A stretch of 63,059 nucleotides of DNA, the filler included. It is 10 parts of 10 records of this genome, joined end to end, with 100 filler letters (N's around TTAATTAATTAA, not from the genome) between each part and the next. Parts side by side here need not be neighbours in the genome. Positions count along the whole stretch, not along the records: positions 15,846 to 23,188 come from SRR31156797_69408; positions 23,289 to 29,513 come from SRR31156797_69453; 8 more parts are not named here. The stretch is one strand, 5' to 3'. This document shows positions 20,944-29,613 of this stretch, piece after piece. Position 1 is the first letter of the stretch. Every line of letters starts with the position of its first letter. Position numbers and translations under genes: made by a program. The notes below the pieces were generated by a model, which was not told where the DNA came from, did no database searches, and saw only the letters and a program-made list of their open reading frames with translations.

Positions 20944-21999
20944 ATGCGCCGTTTTCGAATGGTTTCGTTTGCGGCGGTTGTTTCCGTGTTCGTCGCAGGG
21001 GTGATAACAACGGCCTTCGCCCAGGAGGCGCCCGCCGCGGCGGCCGGTGAAGCCGACGCCACCTACGAGGAAATCCAGAAAATGATCGACGGGCTCGAGG
21101 CCCGGGTCGGCGGCATGGGCGAGGCGGTCCCGTCGGAAACCCTGGAATCCCTTGAAAAGCAGGTCGAGGAAGCGGTCCGGCTGCTGACCAACCGCAGCGA
21201 GGAAAACCTGCTGCTGCGCGACAAGGCGACCGGGTTGTCGAGCGAACTGGAATCGGTCGCCGCCGACCACGCGGCGCTGAGCAGCAAGATCACCGATATC
21301 GAGGAAGAGCGCGACGCCAAGGTTGCCGCCCTGGAAAGCCGTGCCGCCGAGGCCGAGGCTGCCAGCGCCGACAAGGAGGCCGAACTGGAAAAGCTCGGAA
21401 AACAGCTTGAAGCGGTGGTCGCCGAGCTGGCCCGGCTGAACGCGCAACTGATGGAAACAGAGGACAAAAACGCCAAGCAGCAGGTGCGCATCGCCGAGCT
21501 GGACGGCAAGCTGGCCCGCGCCCTGGCCTCGAAGGTCGAGGAGATGGCACGTTACCGTTCGGAATTCTTCGGCAAGCTGCGCGAGGTGCTGGGCGAGCGG
21601 CAGGACATCCGCATCGTCGGCGACCGCTTCGTGTTTCAGTCCGAGGTCCTGTTCGGCAGCGGCGAGGCGGTGCTGGGCGAACAGGGCAAGGCGCAGCTGG
21701 AACGCTTCGCCGATACCCTGGCCGGCGTCGCGGCGACGATCCCGGAAGATATCGATTGGATCCTGCGGGTCGACGGTCATACCGACATCATCCCGATCTA
21801 TAACGAGCAGTTCCGGTCGAACTGGGAACTGTCGACCGGGCGCGCCGTATCGGTGGTCAAGTTTCTGGTCGAACACAACATTGCCGCCGCCAGGCTGGTC
21901 GCCGCCGGGTTCGGCGAATTCCATCCGTTGGACGACCGCAACGACGAAATCGCCTTTCGCCGCAACCGCCGGATCGAATTCAAGCTGACCCAGAAATAG
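20944..21999 (+). CDS. Coiled-coil plus OmpA/MotB-type peptidoglycan-binding protein
   Basis: Signal peptide, long coiled coil, VDGHTD, NWELSTGRA and NRRIEFKL. Confidence 0.88.
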   Translation: MRRFRMVSFAAVVSVFVAGVITTAFAQEAPAAAAGEADATYEEIQKMIDGLEARVGGMGEAVPSETLESLEKQVEEAVRLLTNRSEENLLLRDKATGLSSELESVAADHAALSSKITDIEEERDAKVAALESRAAEAEAASADKEAELEKLGKQLEAVVAELARLNAQLMETEDKNAKQQVRIAELDGKLARALASKVEEMARYRSEFFGKLREVLGERQDIRIVGDRFVFQSEVLFGSGEAVLGEQGKAQLERFADTLAGVAATIPEDIDWILRVDGHTDIIPIYNEQFRSNWELSTGRAVSVVKFLVEHNIAAARLVAAGFGEFHPLDDRNDEIAFRRNRRIEFKLTQK

Positions 22000-22241
22000 G
22001 CCGGCGCCTGCGGGGCTTTTTCAAAAGCGGCGACTTGCCAATCGCCGGTTTCGTCCCTATTTTCCTGGACGTCCGGGCGACGACGAAGACAAGACTCGCA
22101 ATAACGATCCTGGGGCGCACCCCGACGGACACGAACATCAAAATTAGAACGCGTCCATGCTCTGATGAGCGGGGATCTGTCGCACGGCAAACGATTTCGT
22201 TCGCCGGTATTCGTTATTCGACCATAGACGAGAGAAATTTC

Positions 22242-23188
22242 ATGATCGATCTTGTAAACATCGCCCGTACCGAAGCCGATGGAGGCGACCTGTTCGGCCT
22301 TCTGGAGGCTCAATTTCAACCCACCGATGTCAGGCCCGAGGGCCATCCCGACGCCGTCGTCTGGCAAGGCGGCAATCACGTCGGCACCGTCAACCCGGTG
22401 GTGCATTCGCTGACCGACGCCTTCGCCCTGATCGGCACGCTGGCCGCCATCGACGTTCTCGGCCTGCCGTTCTATGCCGTGCCGATGTGGTCGCAGTACC
22501 GACACGACACCAAGCTCAAATCGCTGGCCTGGTTCGGCAACCTGCCCTACACCTCGATCAAATGGTCGACCGCCGGCGACGCCATGGTCAACGACAGTGC
22601 CGGCAACAAGGTCGTCGTCATGGGCAAGTCGGCCAACGCGCCGTTGCGCACCCAGGCCGGCGTATTCTGCAATGTGCGCCCCTACGGCCCGATCACGGTG
22701 GTGCGCTGCATGCCGTGCCTGCCCTATTCGCAAAACCGGGCGGTTTTCAATGTCGACGCCAAGACCGGCATCGTGCATACGGAAATGAACTCGCCGGGCG
22801 TACAGATGGCCTATGCCAACCGCCTGTTCCTGAAGATGGTCCATGAAACCGGCCGCTTGGGCCGCGTCGCCATGAAACCGACCCAGGCGATGGAGGACGG
22901 CATCAACGCCGGCCTGCATACCTGGATGCTGAAGGGCACCAAGTTCGAGGTCGGCCGCAAATACGCGGTGGATGCCTACGAGGAGCACAAGGAAAATATC
23001 GACAAGATCATCGCGCTCTTACCGGCCGACTTCAAGGACGGCATGGAGAACTGGGGCGGCCGCATCGAACAGCACATCGCCGACACCAATTTCGGCCTGC
23101 TGATCTGGGACCTGATCGAGAAGCGCGACTCCATCGTGCTCGCGACCGATCTCGACGGCGACCGCCTGACCGACCTGCTGGCCGACGT
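22242..23188 (+). CDS. Hypothetical protein (3' truncated)
   Basis: ATG at 22242 after GAGAG; strong GC3 codon bias over more than 300 codons; family not recognised. Confidence 0.75.
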
Positions 23189-23288
23189 NNNNNNNNNNNN
23201 NNNNNNNNNNNNNNNNNNNNNNNNNNNNNNNNTTAATTAATTAANNNNNNNNNNNNNNNNNNNNNNNNNNNNNNNNNNNNNNNNNNNN
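23189..23288. other. Artificial contig linker 3
   Basis: Same 100-bp linker. Confidence 0.98.
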
Positions 23289-23996
23289 AACAGTTTCCGT
23301 TTCCAAGGCAGTTGAAATCAGAAGCTGATTGGCTTTACCTTCAAACTCCATTAATCTATTCACTCTATCAATTGAAACAAATATATTATAAGGAGCTGTT
23401 TGTGAATTCTTCAAATTAAACCGGCCTAATTCTTCTTTCGAAACTACTTTTTTTATGGTTGCACGAAGCGCCACACTTGTTTCTTCTGCTGAGACAAATG
23501 GAGCATTCAGAGGAATCAGGCTGGCCTTTTTTATACGTACCAGAATATTATCACCTACCGTTTTCTGCAAACGCTCAGCCAGATTTTTACTGATCGCTAT
23601 CTCATTATTTTTTAATTCTGACAGAACCGAGGTGTTGGAGATTTTTTGAAAATCCTGTTCAATTCCAACTACCTGAACTTTATTGGCCCGTTGCTTACCA
23701 CCATCGGCTACTGCCATACCCTCCAAAAGTAAAACAGGAGTAACTTTTAAAGCCGAATTTGTGGCTTCAATTTCACGGGCCATATCTTGTCGAAAATAAC
23801 GTTCAACCACCGAAACCAGATGTGTAGTTTCACCTAACCGGTAAAACGTAGCCTGGGTTAAACTGTATCGAACTGAATCACCAATAATCAACGAGCCGGT
23901 TAAAACCATTGCACTTATAGCCACCCCAAAAGCCACCAACAGATTGGCTTTAAAATAATGAAGAAAAGATTTTATGATGTACTGAAGTTTGGTCAT
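23289..23996 (-). CDS. MacB/FtsX-type ABC permease, N-terminal part (3' truncated)
   Basis: N-terminal TM (GVAISAMVLTGSLIIGDS) followed by a large extracytoplasmic domain; follows a LolD-like ATPase. Confidence 0.82.
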
Positions 23997-24100
23997 TAGC
24001 CAATTATACTTTTATATTTCTGAGCGTAGTTGAAGAATCGATGACAATAAAAGCAGATATTTCGATTTCGCTCAACAACATCTGTTTTACTACACTTATC

Positions 24101-24772
24101 TTAATTTAGTTTTCCGTTTTTTAGAAAATATTTTTGATCCATCATATTTGCCAGTTCTGCTGAATGCGTAACGGTTACCAAAGTAACTTTTTCATCTTCG
24201 CTTAATTGAATTAACAGATCAGAAAGTGCTTTGGCATTCTCTTCATCCAAGGCTCCGGTTGGCTCATCGGCCAAAACAAGTTCAGGTTTGTTGATGAGTG
24301 CCCGAACAACGGCGGTACGTTGACATTCTCCTCCCGACATTTCGGAAGGTTTTTGATTGCGTTGCTCCCAGATTCCCACTTTCTGAATCAGGTGTTCAGC
24401 CCAGTCCTTATGTTCCTTTATTATTTTTCCCTGTGGCAGAATGGGCAATAAAACATTCTCCCACAAACTCAGCTGGGGCATTAAATGATGAAGCTGAAAA
24501 ACAAAACCCAGATGTTGGTTTCGAAAATCAGCCAGTTCTTTTTTTGAATAAGAAGTAATGTTCTTCTTATCAAAAATCACTTCACCAGCTTCAGGAACAT
24601 CTAAGGCTCCAATCATATTCAGCAAAGTAGTTTTCCCCGAACCGCTCGGGCCAATAATCGCGATCTTTTCCCCTTTTTCAATTTCCAGGTTAAGTTTTTT
24701 TAAAACCGGGCGATAACTGTGAGTATTTGTTTCGCCATAACCTTTACTTATATTTCTTAGTTGTAATAACAT
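24101..24772 (-). CDS. LolD/MacB-type ABC ATP-binding protein
   Basis: GPSGSGKT, GFVFQ, MSGGECQR and ADEPTGALD. Confidence 0.93.
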   Translation of the reverse strand: MLLQLRNISKGYGETNTHSYRPVLKKLNLEIEKGEKIAIIGPSGSGKTTLLNMIGALDVPEAGEVIFDKKNITSYSKKELADFRNQHLGFVFQLHHLMPQLSLWENVLLPILPQGKIIKEHKDWAEHLIQKVGIWEQRNQKPSEMSGGECQRTAVVRALINKPELVLADEPTGALDEENAKALSDLLIQLSEDEKVTLVTVTHSAELANMMDQKYFLKNGKLN

Positions 24773-24811
24773 AAACCTACTATATCACCCTCAACATAGC
24801 CGAAAGGTGCA

Positions 24812-26122
24812 TTAATTAATCTTCTTATTTTCAGCCGACCTGATTAATCCTTCGTATAAAACTACTATTTCTTCTGCATGATTGTGAATATTGAACTTTT
24901 CTTTTGTGCCTTTATACCCCGCTACAGACAATTCTTCCAATTTTTTAGTATTATTCAGTAATACAGTCCAGGTATCGCTGAGTTTTTCCGGAGAGTTAGG
25001 TTCATAAATAACTCCTCCACCCGACAACTCTACTACTTCAGGGAAAGCTCCCAAAGCAGGTTGAACAATGGGCACACCAGACGCCATTGATTCGAGCTGG
25101 TACATTCCAAATGCCTCTCCCCCCCGAACCGGGACCGAAACCAGTGATACTTTTTTAAAAAAGTTATGACGGGCTTCTCCTTCAAATTCATTAATTATTT
25201 CAAACTGATTTTCCAGTCCGGCAGCCCTGATTTTTTTCTTTTGTTCTTTCAGAAATTTTTTATCATCACCGGTCAAACCACCGGTTGCTATAAGTTTCAC
25301 ATCGTCAAATCCCGCTCTCTCTTTAAGATTAACAAAGGCATCAACCACAATATCAAAACCATCTTTGTAACACATTCGAGAAATATACCCCACATTTCGG
25401 GGCTTTTTTGTTACAGGAATATAAGTATAATCTTCAACATCAACGCCCAGGTAAAAGGTATGTACTTTATCAGGCGAGATGTTCATTTTTTTCTGCATGG
25501 TATCGGAAAAAAAGTTGCTTACTGCCACCAAAGCATCAACATCATTAGCCCGTTCATGCATTAAATCCCATATACGTTGTTGAAATTGAGGCTGCATGGC
25601 ATCCACCCACACATCTTCATCCTGGAGTGAACACACCACCGGAACGCCTGTTTTCTCTTTTAAACGACGTGCCAGTCCCAGAAGTAATGCGTTTGAAATG
25701 TGAATGACATCGGGCTGGCAATATTCAGCAATCCAGTCGACCATTTTTTCCAGCTCTTCTTTTTGCTCTCCTTGTTCTCCCAACAACATTGATATAGTCA
25801 TATCTTCCAACCCTTTTGCACGTGTCGACCCAGCCATGGAAGCAGCCATTTTCATCATTGGTTTTGAGTTTAGCAGGGAATCAAACCATTTTGGGGCTTT
25901 TCTGAAAACAGGATAAACCTGCTTAAGGTAAGTACTGATGGCTCCGTAAAAAATCGGGATATCTGATATGTCGTGTTCATCAGAAAACAGTGGTAAGTAC
26001 ATCGGGATTTTGATAACCTGATGACCTAATTTTCGCAGTGCATTGACATATTTGCTATCGCGAAGGCAATTTCCGCAGTAAAAGCTGCCACCTGAACCTG
26101 GTATTATTTGTACTATAGTCAT
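24812..26122 (-). CDS. Glycosyltransferase family 4 (GT-B) protein
   Basis: EAFGMYQLESMASGVP (E-x7-E) motif; N-terminal GSGGSFYCGNCLRD. Confidence 0.88.
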   Translation of the reverse strand: MTIVQIIPGSGGSFYCGNCLRDSKYVNALRKLGHQVIKIPMYLPLFSDEHDISDIPIFYGAISTYLKQVYPVFRKAPKWFDSLLNSKPMMKMAASMAGSTRAKGLEDMTISMLLGEQGEQKEELEKMVDWIAEYCQPDVIHISNALLLGLARRLKEKTGVPVVCSLQDEDVWVDAMQPQFQQRIWDLMHERANDVDALVAVSNFFSDTMQKKMNISPDKVHTFYLGVDVEDYTYIPVTKKPRNVGYISRMCYKDGFDIVVDAFVNLKERAGFDDVKLIATGGLTGDDKKFLKEQKKKIRAAGLENQFEIINEFEGEARHNFFKKVSLVSVPVRGGEAFGMYQLESMASGVPIVQPALGAFPEVVELSGGGVIYEPNSPEKLSDTWTVLLNNTKKLEELSVAGYKGTKEKFNIHNHAEEIVVLYEGLIRSAENKKIN

Positions 26123-26183
26123 GTTAGTATTTTTACACAAAGACACTAAATAGATCTTTGTGTCTTTTAGAATTTGTATTCAT

Positions 26184-27293
26184 CTAATTTCCAAAACAAT
26201 ACACACTTCCATCGTAGGCGCCAACAACTATTTTCCCATTGGCTACAGCCGGATTATTGATGATCTGGCTTCCGATTTCGTAAGTCCAAACAGGTGAACC
26301 ATCCGAAAGGTTTACAACTGCCAGATCGCCACGCATATTTGCCACAATTACTTTGTCTTTAACAACAACAGGTGAAGCTTCCACATGTCTTCCCGTGTTA
26401 TATTCCCACAACTTCTCTCCGCTGTTTTTATCAAAACAATACAAAAATTTATTGTGGTTTGCGGTTAACACCTTATTTCCAATTAAAGCCGGAGAAGCAA
26501 TAAACTGCAGTTTTGTTTTTTCATGCTCCCACAGCCAGGTGGTTTTATCGCTTTTAATATCTACCTGAAAAAAACGACCATCGTAATCGCCCACATAAGC
26601 TTTTTCGTTTTCAACTGCAACAGACCCTGCCACATAGGTTGCAACATCAATTTTTTTATCAAGTTTACCTGTTTTAATGTCAACAACGTGCAAATAGCCA
26701 TCGCAACCTCCAAAAATTGCTTTTCCATTGGAACAAGCCGCTGCTCCATTAATAAAATTATCCGATTCGTATTTCCACATTAATTCACCACTTTTCGCAT
26801 CAACACAGTGAAGAAAATAATCGTAGCTGCCTGCAAAAATAAAAGTTGTTTCACCATCTGTCCACCAGTTTGCTGACCCAATTATCTGATTTTCGCATTC
26901 ATATTCCCACTTTTTCACTCCCGATTTTAAATCGATTGCCAGCAACATTCCATCAAGATTGCCAATAAAAACCGTGTTATCCAGAATAAGAGCCGGTGCT
27001 TCAATGGAGTTTCCAGTATCAAATTTCCATAGCTCTTTGCCATTCAAATCCAAACAATAAACAAATCCATCGGTTGAGCCAATTACCACTTTTCCATCAG
27101 CGATAACTGGGGCCGACTTTATATTGTCTCCGGTTTCGAAAGTCCATAATAGTTTGGGAGATGCAGAAAGTTTTGTTGCCGATACACCTGCAAGATTCTG
27201 GTTGCCACGAAATATGGGCCAGGAATTGGATGGTTGAGCATATAGATTAAATACCAACCAACAATTAAAAAATAGTGTTAATACGATCTTCAT
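26184..27293 (-). CDS. Secreted PQQ-like/BamB-like beta-propeller protein
   Basis: Signal peptide, WPIFRGN, and repeated SP....G..DG.VYC.D..G...W blades. Confidence 0.9.
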   Translation of the reverse strand: MKIVLTLFFNCWLVFNLYAQPSNSWPIFRGNQNLAGVSATKLSASPKLLWTFETGDNIKSAPVIADGKVVIGSTDGFVYCLDLNGKELWKFDTGNSIEAPALILDNTVFIGNLDGMLLAIDLKSGVKKWEYECENQIIGSANWWTDGETTFIFAGSYDYFLHCVDAKSGELMWKYESDNFINGAAACSNGKAIFGGCDGYLHVVDIKTGKLDKKIDVATYVAGSVAVENEKAYVGDYDGRFFQVDIKSDKTTWLWEHEKTKLQFIASPALIGNKVLTANHNKFLYCFDKNSGEKLWEYNTGRHVEASPVVVKDKVIVANMRGDLAVVNLSDGSPVWTYEIGSQIINNPAVANGKIVVGAYDGSVYCFGN

Positions 27294-27336
27294 CTACATA
27301 TAATTTTAATCCTAAAAGGATTGAATTTACCCATGC

Positions 27337-28890
27337 CTAATCTAATGCCTTCAAACTTATGGCACCTGTCGGGCAACTTTCTGCCACCTTTTCTGCGGTT
27401 TCGGTTAATCCATTTTTTAGTTCTTCATTGAATGGGACACCAACCTCCACATCAAAGCCCCTGCCAATATAAGTAAATCCGAATTTCTCCTTATACTTAG
27501 CACTAAGTCGAACACAAATTCCACATTTAATGCACTTTTGCGGCTCGTATAGTATGGAACCGTGATTTATGTTTTTTGAAACCGCTCTACGTTCACTGGT
27601 TTTATAACGTTTCGGATTTGCCCGGTATTGATCAGAATAAATCCGCAGCTTACAATCATCTATAGCCCGGCAATCGCAATGCAAACATCTTTTGGCTTCT
27701 GCTATGGCTTCTTCTTTTGAGAATCCTGCACTTCCTCCTTTTTTTGGCCTTATTCGTTTATGATCTACCGATTCCTTCAGATATTCTGCAAATTCATCGC
27801 TTATTAATCGTCCAAAACGAGAATTAAACAAACGGGATTCTCCTTCAATATTCTCTCCATTTAAATATTGCCAAACAGAAAAAGCAAGCTCCTTGCCTTG
27901 CCCTACTGAACGCACTGCCAAACGGGATGAACGCAAAACATTACCGATAGCAAAAATTTTTTCATCCGAAGTCTGATAGGTCGCTTTTTCAACCTCTATT
28001 CCTTTTAATCCGGTTTTTAACCCAAAATACCCGGAACCTTCTGAAATGGCTCCGGTTGCAACAACCAGTGCATCAAAATCTATTTTTAGCTTTTTAAAGA
28101 ATTCTGAATTTATTTCAGTCCTGCCGATAAATTTCACACCGGTTTTGAGTACTCTTTCTATCTCACGGTCCAGAACATCTTTTGGTAATATTTCATCATT
28201 GATTTCTGTTCGAAGCAAACCACCTGCTTTCTCGTTTTTATCAAAGAGCGTAACCTGAATTCCTTTTAACTGAAGATAATAGGCTGCCGCCAAACCTGCA
28301 GGCCCAGCACCAATAACAGCAACTTGTTTACCGGTATTTTCAAATTCATTAATCGCTGGTTCAACACCTTCGTCACCCACTATCCTTTTCAGCAAACAGA
28401 TGGCAACCGGTTCATCAACTGTTTTTCGGTGACAAGCCCCTTCGCAAGGAGTCGGACAAATGCGTCCAAGAACAGCGGGCAATGCAATATCTCTTTTTAC
28501 TACAGCCAATGCCTCATCCAGTTTGCCTTTTGCAATCAGGCGATTCATTCGAGGGATGTCCATATGTGCAGGACAAGCTACCTGGCAGGGAGCCTCACAA
28601 TCGCCAACATGCTCACTAAGTAACAATTCCAGTGCTGTTTTTCGCGATTCAAAGATCTCATCATCGTTTGTAATGATCTCCATTCCATCCTTTGCTTTAA
28701 CAGAGCAGGAAGGAAACAGCTTACCATTTGATTTGTCTTTTACCATACAAACCATACAAGAGGTAAAATGCTCCAACTCTTTGTGCCAGCACATATTTGG
28801 GATGTCGATTCCTTGTTCCTGGGCAGCCTGCATTACAGAGATGCCATTTTCGACCTGGATTTCTTTGTTATTTATTTTTAATGTAATCAT
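27337..28890 (-). CDS. Fe-S flavoprotein: 2Fe-2S domain, GltD-like Fe-S/FAD domain and ferredoxin-like C-terminus
   Basis: NMC..SCMVC..PSC; DCEAPCQVACP, GRICPTPCEGAC; IGAGPAG; RCLHCDC; KCIKCGIC...CPTGA. Confidence 0.85.
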   Translation of the reverse strand: MITLKINNKEIQVENGISVMQAAQEQGIDIPNMCWHKELEHFTSCMVCMVKDKSNGKLFPSCSVKAKDGMEIITNDDEIFESRKTALELLLSEHVGDCEAPCQVACPAHMDIPRMNRLIAKGKLDEALAVVKRDIALPAVLGRICPTPCEGACHRKTVDEPVAICLLKRIVGDEGVEPAINEFENTGKQVAVIGAGPAGLAAAYYLQLKGIQVTLFDKNEKAGGLLRTEINDEILPKDVLDREIERVLKTGVKFIGRTEINSEFFKKLKIDFDALVVATGAISEGSGYFGLKTGLKGIEVEKATYQTSDEKIFAIGNVLRSSRLAVRSVGQGKELAFSVWQYLNGENIEGESRLFNSRFGRLISDEFAEYLKESVDHKRIRPKKGGSAGFSKEEAIAEAKRCLHCDCRAIDDCKLRIYSDQYRANPKRYKTSERRAVSKNINHGSILYEPQKCIKCGICVRLSAKYKEKFGFTYIGRGFDVEVGVPFNEELKNGLTETAEKVAESCPTGAISLKALD

Positions 28891-29018
28891 TTTACTGATT
28901 GCAAGTTATTTGTTTTTATTCCAGTGGCTTTCCACATACTCGATGAATTTATCTTATTTCCCCCTGATTGATAATTTCCCAAACCTCTATAACTTCTCAA
29001 AAACCTAGTATCTATAAG

Positions 29019-29513
29019 CTACTTAACCTCTATTGCATCAACCGGACAAACAGCTTTACAGGCATCGCATTTTATACAAAGTTCGGTATCAATTGTATGC
29101 TTTTCGTGTGGAGTAAACGGAATGGCTTCCACCGGACACTTCTGCACACATTTGGTACATCCAATACATTCATCGTTAACTGAATAAGTAATAAGATCTG
29201 TACATTTTCCAGTTGGACAGGAACCATTTATGTGGGCTTCATATTCGTCGCGAAAATACTTAATGGTACTTAAAACCGGGTTTGGAGCAGTTCTCCCCAG
29301 CCCACAAAGACTTCCCTTTTCTGTCCAATTCGCCAGGTGCTCCAATTCTTCAATGTCGCCTTTTTTCCCTTTTCCTGAAACGATTCGGTCGAGAATATCG
29401 AGCATGCGTTTAGTGCCAATACGACAGAAAGTACATTTTCCGCACGACTCCTCCTGGGTAAAAGAAAGAAAGTACCTTGCTATATCCACCATACAATCGG
29501 TATCGTCGAGCAC
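29019..29513 (-). CDS. NuoF/HydB-like NADH-binding subunit, C-terminal part with 2x[4Fe-4S] extension (5' truncated)
   Basis: ESCGKCTFCRIG...SLCGLG.TAPNP, CPTGKC, CIGCTKCVQKCP, CIKCDACKAVCP. Confidence 0.9.
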   Translation of the reverse strand: MLDDTDCMVDIARYFLSFTQEESCGKCTFCRIGTKRMLDILDRIVSGKGKKGDIEELEHLANWTEKGSLCGLGRTAPNPVLSTIKYFRDEYEAHINGSCPTGKCTDLITYSVNDECIGCTKCVQKCPVEAIPFTPHEKHTIDTELCIKCDACKAVCPVDAIEVK

Positions 29514-29613
29514 NNNNNNNNNNNNNNNNNNNNNNNNNNNNNNNNNNNNNNNNNNNNTTAATTAATTAANNNNNNNNNNNNNNNNNNNNNNNNNNNNNNN
29601 NNNNNNNNNNNNN
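29514..29613. other. Artificial contig linker 4
   Basis: Same 100-bp linker. Confidence 0.98.

Noticed and set aside
20944..21999. MotB-like gene as Zorya ZorB anti-phage component
   Set aside because: No ZorA-like gene upstream and no zorC/D/E recognised; neighbours are housekeeping-type genes.
22162..22200. CTGATGAG resembling a hammerhead ribozyme core
   Set aside because: No GAAA follows a plausible stem II and stems I and III could not be built.
19685..22988. Long minus-strand ORFs 19685-20830, 20824-21924 and 21798-22988
   Set aside because: Antisense shadows of high-GC3 genes with no motifs; only the yjhX frame on that strand is supported.
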